Assembly (NCBI GenBank): GCA_902791865.1
Contig: CADAXK010000015.1
Location: 21,944 to 85,943 of the forward strand
Direction of reading: 5' to 3'
Source of the DNA: an uncultured Bacteroidia bacterium
GTDB taxonomy: Bacteria; Bacteroidota; Bacteroidia; Bacteroidales; ML635J-15
DNA: 64,000 nt
The notes under the pieces: model-generated
Database searches by the model: none
What the model saw: only the letters and a program-made list of their open reading frames with translations
What the model was told of the DNA's origin: nothing
Made by a program: the position numbers and the translations under genes
Shown here: one piece after another, positions 19,972 through 31,694 of the stretch
Position numbering within the stretch: position 1 is the stretch's first letter
Layout of the letters: each line of letters begins with the position of its first letter

Positions 19972-22900
19972 ATGAAGAAAATATTATCACTCACAATTCT
20001 CGCTCTTTTGTGCAACCTGCTGTTCTCGCAAAACGATGCTACCGCCATATACCACATGGTGGACTCCATAAAAAAAGTGGGCGACAGCTACTACAATGTC
20101 CAAAATTACAACGAAGCAATTGCCAAGTATGGCGAAGCAGCAGAACTAGCCAAGAAGGTAGACAATGGTAACAACTCATATTATGCCATGGCAATTTACA
20201 ATATGGCGTATGCATATTCAAAAAATGGTGAACATCAGAAATCCGTGAATTGTTACATCATTGCAAAGGATGTATATGGAGGTCTCAATGGAACTGAAAA
20301 TATTAAATATGCGGCACTGCTCAGTCAGGTTGGTCTTGAATATGAAAAGATGAATGAGTACCATAATGCTTTTAATTACTTGGTTCAAGCGTTGGACGTT
20401 CGAAAAAAAGTCGTAGGAATCGAACACGCCGACTACATGAAAACACTAAATAGCATTATCTCCATCTGCAAGGAAATGGAAGACTATCAAAATACTATCA
20501 AATATTATCTGGAGATTTTGGAAATCAAGGAGAAGACACTCGGAAAAACCCATTCCAGCTACGCATCAACATTGTCCGACATAGCATCTACATATTATAC
20601 CATAAAAGACAATCAGAACGCATTGAAATATTACATAAAACTGGGAGATGTACAAAAAAACACCCTTGGAGAGAATGATCCAGAGTATATACAGACTGTT
20701 TTCAACATCAGCTTAATGTATTACAAAATGGACGACTACCCAAACACATTGAAATATGCTCTAACAATTGTAGACACTTACGATAAGACATCTTCCAAAT
20801 ATGTGAATCTGCTTGCCATGATCGGATATTCATATTATTATCATGAGGATTATCGAAGCTCATTGAAATATAATGTTCCTGCAATGGAAACATGGAAAAT
20901 GCTATATGGCGAGGAAAATGACGGATACATATATCTTCTTACCTTGGTGTCCAATGCATATTATGCCACGAAGGACATTCCAAACGCAATGAACTATTTA
21001 ACTCAGCTTGAAGAAATACTAGAGAAAAATGGAAATATGAGTGTTGACTATTCGAAAACAGTCTACAAAATCGGAAAACTGTATTACGACAAGGGCGACT
21101 ACTATAACTCTTTGAAATATTATCTAAAAACGCCAAAAGGATCCGAAGACAACCCTGAAGATTATGCAAAAGCGCTCAGTGCCATAGGCGTTGGATATTA
21201 TAATATTGGCGACTACACAACCTCCTTGAAATATCATCAGCAGGCATTGGAAATAAGGAAAATGACTCCCGGAGTGAATTCTCCCGATTACATTGAGTCA
21301 TTGCACCACCTCGGTGCCGTTTATGAAAAACTGGAAGATTATAAAACGGCAATGGAATATTATCAGCTGGTGCTAGAATATGATAGGAAGAATAATGGTG
21401 AAAATTCGCTCGAATATGCAACTGCGCTTAGCAATATAGGTAATATATATATATCGAAAGAGGATAACTCCAATGCATTAAAATATTACCAGAAGTCGTT
21501 GGAAATAAAAAGCAAAGTATGCCCTGATAATTCTATTGACATTTCAATCTTGCTTAATAATATAGGTGTTACTTATGAAAATATGGGCGAGTACCAGACT
21601 GCAAGGAAATATCTTGCTCAATCATTGGAAATATGTAAAAAGGTATACGGTGAAAATCATCCCGAATATGCTAAAAGCCTAAACAATATTGGTGATGCCT
21701 ATTTGAAAATGGCGGACTATCAGAACGCTTTGAATTGTTATATGCAAGCCGCCGATATTCGCAAGCGGGCACTGGGCGAAGAACATCCCATTTATGCCAT
21801 ATCGCTTACAAGTATAGCTGCTCTATATAAAAGCATGGCAAACTATCAGGAGGCTATAAAATATTATACCCAAGCAATGGAAATCAAAAGGAAGTTTTGG
21901 GGAGAAAGCAATTCCGAATATGCAAAAGCATTGAGCGATATAGGTAATTTATACCTTGACAAGGAAGACCATCGTAATGCTTTGGAGTATCATAAACTTG
22001 CATTGGAAATAATAAGGAAAGCAAAAGGAAAGGAGCATCCTTACTATTCAAAAGTACTTAATAATATAGGTCTTGTTTATAATCATAAATGCGACTACAT
22101 GACCGCACTGAAATATTTTATGCAGGCACTGGAAATAGACAAAAAGCTTTATGGAGACGAACATATAAATTGTGCTGCGCCGCTTAACAATATCGGTCTT
22201 GCATATATGGAAATGGGAAACTTCAAGAATGCCTTGAAATATTATACGCAATCGCTTGAAATCCGGAAAAAGTTTTATGGCGAGAATAATCCCGAATACG
22301 CATCTTCGCTTAATAATATTGCAATGGTATATGATAGGCTGTGCGACTACCAGACTGCCCTGAAATATTATACGGAAGTATTGGATTTCCGCAAAGCCTT
22401 CTTTGGCGAGAACAATCCCGAATACGCAGATGCGCTTAATAACATTGGCGTTGTTTATATGAATATGGATGACTACCAGAATGCCTTGAAATACCATTCA
22501 CAGGCTATGGAAATACGGAAAAAAACACTTGGGGAAGAACATCCCGACTATGCTGCATCGCTTCATAATGTTGGATTGCTATATTATGAATTGGGAGACA
22601 ACCGAAACGCTGTGGAATATCTTATTAAAGCATTGGAAGTAAAACAAAAGATTTATGGTGAATACCATCCTGACTATGCTATGTCGTTGTCTAGTATAGC
22701 CAATATTTTTATTGATATGAAAGAATATCAAGATGCGTTGGAATATCATAAGCAAGCGATGAAAGTTAGAAAAAAGATTTTAGGAGAAGAACATCCCGAC
22801 TATATATTCTCGCTTAATAATATTGGAATTGTATATAAGCATCTGAAAGATTACCCAAATTCATTGAAATGTTTTACGCAAGCACTGGAAACAGCAAAAA

Positions 22901-24669
22901 AAATTTTTGGCGAGAATCACCCCCAATATGCAATGTCACTAACCAATATGGGCAACACGTATTACCAAATGGGAGACTACGCAAATGCCATAAAAATCAA
23001 CAAACTTGCCATTGATAAGCGCAAAAGCCATCTGAGCAGCAACTTTTCGTTTATGACTGCCCATGAACGCGAAGCATACTGGAATGCCAACAGGCAATTT
23101 ATCCAATGCAACATTATATATATGTCACAATTGCCCAACGACACCATGGCGACAAAAACATCGTATGATGTAGAACTAATCACCAAAGGTTTGTTGCTCG
23201 CCTCTGAAATCAGCGTGACAAACATAATTATGGAAAGTGGCAACAATTCACTGATTTCCGATTACGAAGCGATGAAAACCATGCAGATGCAACTTAACAA
23301 GGAACTTGACAAACCTGCCGACAACCGTGAATACAACTGCGATTCGCTTGAAAACGAAATAAGGAAAAAGGAAAGGCTCGTTATGGAAAACTGCAAGGAG
23401 TTTGGCGATGTAACGCATTTCATAAAAATAGATTGGAAGGAAGTGCAAAAGTCATTGAAAAACAACGATGTCGCAATTGAATTTTCCAGTTATATCAAGA
23501 AAGACACAACATGGTATGTTGCACTTGTGCTTACAAAGGGCATAGATGCGCCTGTATGCGTGCCGCTTTTCAATCAGTACGAACTGCAGAAGATGATTCG
23601 TGGTGTCGCTCCGGCAAGAACAGAGGCACCAGCCGATGACGAAAACCGTGGTGCGGTGTCGGTTTCGTCAAAACGGCAGGGAATTTATGAATCGACTGAA
23701 TTATACAGGACACTTTGGAAACCTATGGAAAAATATTTCCCCGAGAATCCGCGCATTTATTTCGCACCATCGGGAATGCTGCATCAGGTGGCCATCGAGT
23801 ATGCTCCAATAGGTAACGGGAAACTTATATCTGACAAGTACGAGATTTATAGAATATCCTCCACTCGTTTTCTAGCCATGGACTACATTGTAAAGCCGAT
23901 GACCAGTTCGACACTTTACGGAGGCATATACTACGATAGCGACACCACTACCATGAAGCGTGAGAGTAACCGATATTCAACTCGCAGTGCGACCTATACA
24001 TCATTTGCTGCATTCAACAAGGATGAGGATCATGGAAGTGTAAATTATTTGCCTGGCACCAAGACGGAGGTCGAAGACATTGTGAGCACTCTAAAGTCGA
24101 AAGGGAAAATATCAACAACACTATACGAAGGTTCGCAGGCAAACGAGGAATCGTTCAAGGCTCTGTCGGGGAAAGGCATTTCTACAATTCACATTGCAAC
24201 TCACGGATTCTTCCTGCCTACCGATGAAAAATTGCAGGGCGACTTCTCGCTTATACAGTCGGGACTTATGCTTTCGGGAGCAAACTATGCATGGCAAAAC
24301 CTGCCAATCCCTGATGGCGTTGAGGATGGGATCCTTACAGCCAAGGAAATCAGTCAGCTGGACTTGCGCGGCACCGATTTGGTTGTACTTTCGGCCTGCC
24401 AGACTGCTTTGGGTGAAATTTCCAGCGAAGGCGTGTTCGGTCTGCAGCGAGGCTTCAAGAAGGCAGGTGTGCGTACTATAATCATGAGCCTTTGGCCAGT
24501 AGATGACAATGCAACCTTGCTGATGATGACGGAGTTCTATGCAAACCTCACCAAAGGCATGACCAAGCGCGAAGCTTTCCTGGCTGCACAGAACAAGGTA
24601 AAGACGACACAAGGATTCGAGAATCCAAGATATTGGGCAGCATTTATAATGCTGGATGGAAACAAATAG
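19972..24669 (+). CDS. Exported TPR-repeat + CHAT protease, copy 2
   Basis: Signal peptide ending LFSQ; regular 42-aa kinesin-light-chain-type TPRs (GEEHPDYA.SL.NIG); HIATHG and LSACQT. Confidence 0.92.
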   Translation: MKKILSLTILALLCNLLFSQNDATAIYHMVDSIKKVGDSYYNVQNYNEAIAKYGEAAELAKKVDNGNNSYYAMAIYNMAYAYSKNGEHQKSVNCYIIAKDVYGGLNGTENIKYAALLSQVGLEYEKMNEYHNAFNYLVQALDVRKKVVGIEHADYMKTLNSIISICKEMEDYQNTIKYYLEILEIKEKTLGKTHSSYASTLSDIASTYYTIKDNQNALKYYIKLGDVQKNTLGENDPEYIQTVFNISLMYYKMDDYPNTLKYALTIVDTYDKTSSKYVNLLAMIGYSYYYHEDYRSSLKYNVPAMETWKMLYGEENDGYIYLLTLVSNAYYATKDIPNAMNYLTQLEEILEKNGNMSVDYSKTVYKIGKLYYDKGDYYNSLKYYLKTPKGSEDNPEDYAKALSAIGVGYYNIGDYTTSLKYHQQALEIRKMTPGVNSPDYIESLHHLGAVYEKLEDYKTAMEYYQLVLEYDRKNNGENSLEYATALSNIGNIYISKEDNSNALKYYQKSLEIKSKVCPDNSIDISILLNNIGVTYENMGEYQTARKYLAQSLEICKKVYGENHPEYAKSLNNIGDAYLKMADYQNALNCYMQAADIRKRALGEEHPIYAISLTSIAALYKSMANYQEAIKYYTQAMEIKRKFWGESNSEYAKALSDIGNLYLDKEDHRNALEYHKLALEIIRKAKGKEHPYYSKVLNNIGLVYNHKCDYMTALKYFMQALEIDKKLYGDEHINCAAPLNNIGLAYMEMGNFKNALKYYTQSLEIRKKFYGENNPEYASSLNNIAMVYDRLCDYQTALKYYTEVLDFRKAFFGENNPEYADALNNIGVVYMNMDDYQNALKYHSQAMEIRKKTLGEEHPDYAASLHNVGLLYYELGDNRNAVEYLIKALEVKQKIYGEYHPDYAMSLSSIANIFIDMKEYQDALEYHKQAMKVRKKILGEEHPDYIFSLNNIGIVYKHLKDYPNSLKCFTQALETAKKIFGENHPQYAMSLTNMGNTYYQMGDYANAIKINKLAIDKRKSHLSSNFSFMTAHEREAYWNANRQFIQCNIIYMSQLPNDTMATKTSYDVELITKGLLLASEISVTNIIMESGNNSLISDYEAMKTMQMQLNKELDKPADNREYNCDSLENEIRKKERLVMENCKEFGDVTHFIKIDWKEVQKSLKNNDVAIEFSSYIKKDTTWYVALVLTKGIDAPVCVPLFNQYELQKMIRGVAPARTEAPADDENRGAVSVSSKRQGIYESTELYRTLWKPMEKYFPENPRIYFAPSGMLHQVAIEYAPIGNGKLISDKYEIYRISSTRFLAMDYIVKPMTSSTLYGGIYYDSDTTTMKRESNRYSTRSATYTSFAAFNKDEDHGSVNYLPGTKTEVEDIVSTLKSKGKISTTLYEGSQANEESFKALSGKGISTIHIATHGFFLPTDEKLQGDFSLIQSGLMLSGANYAWQNLPIPDGVEDGILTAKEISQLDLRGTDLVVLSACQTALGEISSEGVFGLQRGFKKAGVRTIIMSLWPVDDNATLLMMTEFYANLTKGMTKREAFLAAQNKVKTTQGFENPRYWAAFIMLDGNK

Positions 24670-24860
24670 AAGGCGATTGTTTAGATTTGAGAGTAGTTGC
24701 GAAATGCTTTGCGCAAAATGAAAAGTCGCGTAGCAGTGTCTTCTGTTATGCAATATGTTGAATTTCAAAGGATAAGTAAATATTTTAAAATATTAGAATA
24801 TTTTTCTTGTCAGTTTGGATTTGTTTATTTACCTTTGTTAGCAAAAATTTTATCAGTTAA

Positions 24861-26381
<1,521 letters not shown>

Positions 26382-26389
26382 TAGTTGCT

Positions 26390-26629
26390 ATGACAGTAGA
26401 AATCATCACACCTGAAAAGAAGTTGTTCGAAGGCGAAACCTCAATGGTGAAGGTGCCAGGTTCAAAGGGTTCGTTCCAGATGCTGAACATGCACGCTCCA
26501 ATAGTTTCCACTTTGGAAAAGGGCGAGGTCGTTATCCGCGAGATGAGTGGTAACGAACTAAAGTTCAGCGTCAATGGAGGACTCGTTGAATGCAAGAACA
26601 ATAAGATTGTTATTCTCGTAGAAGAATAG
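26390..26629 (+). CDS. atpC: F1 ATP synthase epsilon subunit (short Bacteroidota form)
   Basis: VEIITPEK, PGSKGSFQMLNMHAP; follows atpD. Confidence 0.93.
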   Translation: MTVEIITPEKKLFEGETSMVKVPGSKGSFQMLNMHAPIVSTLEKGEVVIREMSGNELKFSVNGGLVECKNNKIVILVEE

Positions 26630-26650
26630 TACAACTGAAAAATAATTCGT

Positions 26651-26684
26651 AAAAAGGAAATTTCCATTGGAAGTTTCCTTTTTT
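26651..26684 (+). terminator. Intrinsic terminator after atpC
   Basis: AAAAAGGAAATTTCC-ATT-GGAAGTTTCCTTTTTT. Confidence 0.8.
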
Positions 26685-26742
26685 GTTTGCGGAAAAATTC
26701 ACAGGTAGTACAGCTGGTAACTACAATTGAAATCCAAGCAAC

Positions 26743-26778
26743 AAAAAATGCGGAGAAAAACTTGTTTCCTCCGCATTT
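26743..26778 (-). terminator. Probable terminator for the YitT gene
   Basis: AAATGCGGAG...CTCCGCATTT stem with A-run on the left (U-tail on minus strand). Confidence 0.6.
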
Positions 26779-26808
26779 GATAGATTATGAAAATAAAAAC
26801 CTTTTGGC

Positions 26809-27753
26809 TTATTCCTTTATAGCCTTGAACCCGTTTCCTAGAATCTCGTTGCTGTCGATTACATTGATGAATGCTTCGGGATCGATGTCGTAGATTTGTT
26901 CCTTGAGGTGAGTGAACTCACGGCGCGAAACTGTTGTGTAGATGAAGTTGCGCTCCTTACCGTTGTACATTCCGATACCTTTCATACAGGTTCCACCACG
27001 TTCGAGATCGTTGATAATCATCTGGCGTACTTCCTCGTACTTGTCGCTTACGATGAAGATTGTCTTGTAGCTCTTTACACCTTCCACAACAATGTCTATC
27101 ACCTTGCTCTCGATGAAGATTAGGATTATGGAGTAGATTGGCAGACGGAAGTCGCCGAGCGAAAGCGAAGTGAGCGTAATGCAGCTATCAACGATAAGCA
27201 CCAAAGTTCCGAGCGAAATCTTGGTGTACTTGTGCAAAATCATAGAGATAATGTCGCTTCCGCCAGATGTTGCACCTGACTTGAAGACCAACCCGATTGC
27301 AAGACCGTAGATGATACCCGAAACCACAGTGTTGAGGAAGTAGTCTGGGATGAACCATCCGCCGTTGTTTGGAATTTCTACCATGCTTACACCTTCAATT
27401 GGGGTTTGCATTATAGCACCATCGTGGATTACAGGAATATAGCCCCAGAACATTTCAAGTATGAACGTAAAGCAAAATATCAGAATGGTTGACACAATTG
27501 TCTTTATGCCGAATTTTGGACCGAGAATTATCGTTCCAATAATCAGAAGCGGAATGTCCATGCATATTGCGTACAAACTCACTTTCCAAGGCCAGATGGC
27601 GTTGAGAACATTCGATAGACCGTATGTTCCGCCGGGAGCCATGTGGTATGGGTTGACGAACATCACATCGCCTACGGCAAATAGCAGGCTGCCAATGAAA
27701 ACCAAAAAGTAGGAAAAGAACCACTGTTTTGAGAATATTTTTTCCTTAGTCAT
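26809..27753 (-). CDS. YitT family membrane protein
   Basis: APGG, GATSGGSDII, C-terminal IDPEAFINV...ILGNGF. Confidence 0.9.
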   Translation of the reverse strand: MTKEKIFSKQWFFSYFLVFIGSLLFAVGDVMFVNPYHMAPGGTYGLSNVLNAIWPWKVSLYAICMDIPLLIIGTIILGPKFGIKTIVSTILIFCFTFILEMFWGYIPVIHDGAIMQTPIEGVSMVEIPNNGGWFIPDYFLNTVVSGIIYGLAIGLVFKSGATSGGSDIISMILHKYTKISLGTLVLIVDSCITLTSLSLGDFRLPIYSIILIFIESKVIDIVVEGVKSYKTIFIVSDKYEEVRQMIINDLERGGTCMKGIGMYNGKERNFIYTTVSRREFTHLKEQIYDIDPEAFINVIDSNEILGNGFKAIKE

Positions 27754-27829
27754 ATTATAAAGTTTTATTAATCAATAATTTAAATCTGTAATTCCGTTGA
27801 AAAATTGCAGGTGCAAAAATACAATAATA

Positions 27830-27990
27830 TTTACGATTTATGAAGTACGATTTACGATTGATTTATTGAAGATTATTAGGCTAAAAATCTTACTGTCTAG
27901 CTGAAGACCTGTCTGACAGTCTGCCAGACTGTTAGCCTGCAAGCCTGTCGGTCTGTTAGCCTTTGTGCCTGCAAGCCGAAAACGAGAAAC
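27830..27990. repeat. Mosaic intergenic repeat (heptamers plus octamer element)
   Basis: TTTACGA units, then GGCTAAAA...CTGAAGACCTGTC...CTGTTAGC CTGCAAGC CTGTCGGT CTGTTAGC CTTTGTGC CTGCAAGC. Confidence 0.8.
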
Positions 27991-27995
27991 ATTCG

Positions 27996-28529
27996 TTACG
28001 ACATTCTCAGCACACTATTTATTTCCTCGTACTTCTTTATTAATTCTTCAAGATTTTCGCGACAGACGAACGAACCGCCATTTTTTATCAAGTCCACCAT
28101 GTATTGCTCTTGTTCCGTGAGTTGCGACTTGCCCTTTTCGGCTTTGCGCAATATTGGACGGGCTACCATATTGAACATAATCTTGTAGAATCCTTTCAGT
28201 CTCTCGCGGTGCATTCCGCCTTGCAGGTAGTAAAACGGCACATCAATGTTGTTTTGTTGTGCCAGGGCAAAAGCATATTTGTCGCTTTGCGGAGTCATTC
28301 CTACGCCAGCAATGATTATAGGATTGAATTTCAGTCGTGCCATGCGTATGCCGTTTATCTTGCCGGCACATACCCAGCCGAGGAAAATCACAGGTTCTCG
28401 CTCGCCATGAAACATCGAGTTGTCAATGGTGGGAATGGCTGGAATACCGATAATTTCGGACAAAAGTTCGGCATACTCCTTAGTGAAGCCTGTGTTAGAT
28501 TCGTATACTATTGCCTTTATTTCTGCCAT
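27996..28529 (-). CDS. Flavodoxin-like domain protein
   Basis: IVYESNTGFTKEYA FMN-loop motif. Confidence 0.75.
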   Translation of the reverse strand: MAEIKAIVYESNTGFTKEYAELLSEIIGIPAIPTIDNSMFHGEREPVIFLGWVCAGKINGIRMARLKFNPIIIAGVGMTPQSDKYAFALAQQNNIDVPFYYLQGGMHRERLKGFYKIMFNMVARPILRKAEKGKSQLTEQEQYMVDLIKNGGSFVCRENLEELIKKYEEINSVLRMS

Positions 28530-29683
28530 TTTGTTTCGATGTAGTGTTGCTTTATTCCAAAGAATGTCTTGAGTGCTTCCAGTTGAGCTAGTATTTTCTG
28601 CTTTTGTTCTTCAGAAACTGTTGATTTTGTCGCGATAATCATGACATTCTTGTGGGTGTGTGCATCCGAAATGAACTCGACTACCTTTGTCTTGTAGCCG
28701 TGATACTGCAAGTAAAGCACCCTTATGCTGTCGGTGACGAGTTCGGCCTGGCGTTCCATAAAAATTCCGTGGCGTAGTATCGGCGACAGAATTTCGTTTG
28801 GTGTTCCGCTTTCCATTTCGTTGCGAATCTGGTGCTGGCAACATGGTGCAGCTACAATGACTTGCGCTCCTGCGTAGACGCCTTTTGCAAGTGCATCATC
28901 GGTGGCGGTGTTGCATGCGTGGAGTGCAATTAGCATGTCGAGTTTGTCGGCATTGTAGCTGTCGATTGCGCTCTCGGCGAAGTGCAAGCCATCAAATCCC
29001 GATTCGGTGGCAAATTTATTGCAAAGTTCCACCATGTCGTGGCGAATTTCAACGCCGGTGACATCTGCCTTGCACTTGAGCGTATTGACAAGGTAGTCGT
29101 AGAGTGCAAAAGTAAGGTAGCCCTTGCCGCTTCCCATGTCGGCGACTGTTATTGTGCGGTCTGTAGTAAGCGTATCGATGTGACTGCTAAGGATTTCTAT
29201 GTAGTGAGTTATCTGTCTGAACTTGTCCTGCGACTTAGGATTTACATTGCCATTTGCATCGGTTATTCCGAGCAGATGAAGGTATTTCTTGCCATCGGAA
29301 GCCTCAAGTTTGCGGTTCTTGTTACGGTCGTGGCTAAGTGAAGGCAATTCGGTAATGCTGGCTTCCTGTTGCTTCATCTTGAAGTGGTTGCCGTTGTGTT
29401 GCAAAACGAAGTCGCCAGAAGTAGTGAAAAGCGTTGCGAACCTGTATTCCTCGCCTATATGCTTGCGCAGGTTGCTAATAGCTTCATCGAAAGCATAGTT
29501 TTTCACAATGTCGCGCTTCTGGTAGCGGTAGGTGAAACTGAGTTTACGTTCGCCCTTTATTTCCACCTGCTTGATGTAGATATTGCGTACATCAATGTCC
29601 TTGCGCATTGGCGACGACAATGTAATCTTGACGAAAGTATTCGCTTCGAGGCTTTTGCTAATCAGGCTGATAAATTCTTCCAT
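28517..29683 (-). CDS. SAM-dependent methyltransferase
   Basis: DMGSGKGYLTF, ALHACNTATD, APCCQ motifs. Confidence 0.88.
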   Translation of the reverse strand: MEEFISLISKSLEANTFVKITLSSPMRKDIDVRNIYIKQVEIKGERKLSFTYRYQKRDIVKNYAFDEAISNLRKHIGEEYRFATLFTTSGDFVLQHNGNHFKMKQQEASITELPSLSHDRNKNRKLEASDGKKYLHLLGITDANGNVNPKSQDKFRQITHYIEILSSHIDTLTTDRTITVADMGSGKGYLTFALYDYLVNTLKCKADVTGVEIRHDMVELCNKFATESGFDGLHFAESAIDSYNADKLDMLIALHACNTATDDALAKGVYAGAQVIVAAPCCQHQIRNEMESGTPNEILSPILRHGIFMERQAELVTDSIRVLYLQYHGYKTKVVEFISDAHTHKNVMIIATKSTVSEEQKQKILAQLEALKTFFGIKQHYIETKWQK

Positions 29684-29798
29684 GAGTTGTTTACATAATC
29701 TGTTGTTTTGCGCAAAAAGAGATTTCGGATAGCCGTCTTCACAACGCTCCTCGTTTCGTATCGCGTGTTCTGTCTAGTTTCCGAAATGACTTTTTAAA

Positions 29799-31694
29799 TT
29801 AGTGCTTCGAGCTACCGATGTTCACAAGCTTCTTCATGCCGTCGGTAATCTTTCCTATGATTGCATTGGGGTTTACTGGTCCTTGCTGTTGCTGTTCTTC
29901 CTGATGCATATATATTTCATCAATTACCGATGCATATTTCTTCTTTATCACATTTCGTTTGAGCTTCAGGGTGGGGGAGAGTTCTCCTGTTTCCTGCGAC
30001 CATTCCTCGCAAACAAGACGGAAACGCTTGATGCACTCGTATTCGCTCAGTGTGGCGTTCAGCTTGTCGATTTCACCTTGATATTTCTTGATAACCTCAG
30101 GATCGTTTATAAGTGCAACATTGTCGCGGTAGTGAATCTTGTGTTTCGAAGCATAGAAGTGCAGATAGTTGAAGTCGGGCGAAATGAGTGCGCTTGCAAA
30201 CTTTTCGTTCTCACCAATAATCATTGCCTGTTCCACGAAGTTGGAGTTCTTGAGCTTGTTTTCGATGACCTGCGGAGCAATGTACTTTCCGTTCGACATC
30301 TTGAAGATTTCTTTCTTGCGATCGGTGATCTTCAAGAACTTGCCATCAACAAGTTCTCCAATGTCGCCGGTATGGAACCAACCGTCTTCGTCGATTACCT
30401 GACGGGTAGCTTCCTCGTTGTTGTAGTAGCCCTTCATGATGTTCGGACCTTTGGCAAGGATTTCTCCGTCATCATCAATTTTTACGGTAACACCATCGAG
30501 GACTGGACCTACAGTTCCAAGCATCGACTTGTCCCAAGCTGGCCAGTTCACTGCGATTACAGGCGAAGTCTCGGTAAGACCATACCCTTCGCAAATCTTA
30601 AGTCCTGCTGCGGCAAACAGCTTGGAAATGTGCAGACTAAGAGATGAACCACCAGCCACAATCACTATGATGTTACCACCAAATGCTTCCTGCCATTTCT
30701 TGAAAACAAGTTTGCGTGCAATGCTGAGCCTCAACTTGTAGAAAGCCGAGTTGTTGTTGCGGACATCAAACTTGCTACCAACCTTAAGCGACCAGTTGAA
30801 GATGTGCTTCTTGAAAGGTGTCATATCCTTTCCCATCGACACAATCTTGTCGTAGAATTTTTCGGCAACACGTGGCACCATATTGAAAATGTGCGGCTTG
30901 ACATCCTGAACATCACGCATGATAGTTCCTAGGCTTTCGGCGTAGTAAATCGAAATACCCTTTATCTGGAATGCGTAGTTCATCATTCGCTCGTAGATAT
31001 GGCACAAGGGCAGGAAACTTACGGCTCTCTGCTTGTAAACTGCAGGAATAACAGGCCTTACGCCGTATGAATTTGAAAGGATATTCTTATGCGAAAGCAT
31101 TACGCCCTTGGGATTGCCTGTGGTTCCAGATGTGTAAACTAGCGAAAATACATCGTCCTCGCTGATCTCCTTCTTTCTCTCTTCAATGAGTTTCCTGAGC
31201 TCAGCCTCTCTGCTTCGGCTGTCAATCATTAAGGTTGTCCAGTTGTCGGCATCGGGGACATCGGTAAATGTAAAAATGCGAGGTTTATCTTCAAGGTTTT
31301 CGACAACTTGCTTAACTTTTGCAAAAAGCTTAGCATTCGATACGAAGACCATCTTAGCCCCGCAGTCGCGCATAATGAACTCCAGTTCATTGTTATTAAG
31401 TGTCGGATAAATAGGCACGTGTACCAGGCCGGCCATAGCGATTGCCATGTCGAGGATATTCCAGTGTGGCAAGTTCTGCGATATGCTTATTATCTTGTCG
31501 CCCTTCTGCATTCCAGCATCTATTAGCGAACAAGCGCACATGTACGAATACCGTCTGTAGTCGGCTGGCGTGTATTTTATCCATTCGCCCTTGTCCTTGT
31601 GAGCGAATGCCACATCAAGGTCGGAGTGTTCGTTTTTATATATGTCTAGGATGTCGAAAACCCTTGTTGCTTTTGTCTCTTCTACTTTTTCCAT
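29799..31694 (-). CDS. Long-chain fatty acid-CoA ligase
   Basis: YTSGTTGNPKG, EGYGLTE, GWFHTGDIG, PTLKLKR. Confidence 0.93.
   Translation of the reverse strand: MEKVEETKATRVFDILDIYKNEHSDLDVAFAHKDKGEWIKYTPADYRRYSYMCACSLIDAGMQKGDKIISISQNLPHWNILDMAIAMAGLVHVPIYPTLNNNELEFIMRDCGAKMVFVSNAKLFAKVKQVVENLEDKPRIFTFTDVPDADNWTTLMIDSRSREAELRKLIEERKKEISEDDVFSLVYTSGTTGNPKGVMLSHKNILSNSYGVRPVIPAVYKQRAVSFLPLCHIYERMMNYAFQIKGISIYYAESLGTIMRDVQDVKPHIFNMVPRVAEKFYDKIVSMGKDMTPFKKHIFNWSLKVGSKFDVRNNNSAFYKLRLSIARKLVFKKWQEAFGGNIIVIVAGGSSLSLHISKLFAAAGLKICEGYGLTETSPVIAVNWPAWDKSMLGTVGPVLDGVTVKIDDDGEILAKGPNIMKGYYNNEEATRQVIDEDGWFHTGDIGELVDGKFLKITDRKKEIFKMSNGKYIAPQVIENKLKNSNFVEQAMIIGENEKFASALISPDFNYLHFYASKHKIHYRDNVALINDPEVIKKYQGEIDKLNATLSEYECIKRFRLVCEEWSQETGELSPTLKLKRNVIKKKYASVIDEIYMHQEEQQQQGPVNPNAIIGKITDGMKKLVNIGSSKH

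Noticed and set aside
14240-24669. Genomic island integrated at tRNA-Leu carrying the CHAT genes
   Set aside because: No integrase, and no duplicated tRNA 3' end seen downstream
19440-24669. DGR template/variable repeat pair between the two CHAT 3' ends
   Set aside because: Differences are mostly synonymous and involve all bases rather than adenines; no reverse transcriptase in the window
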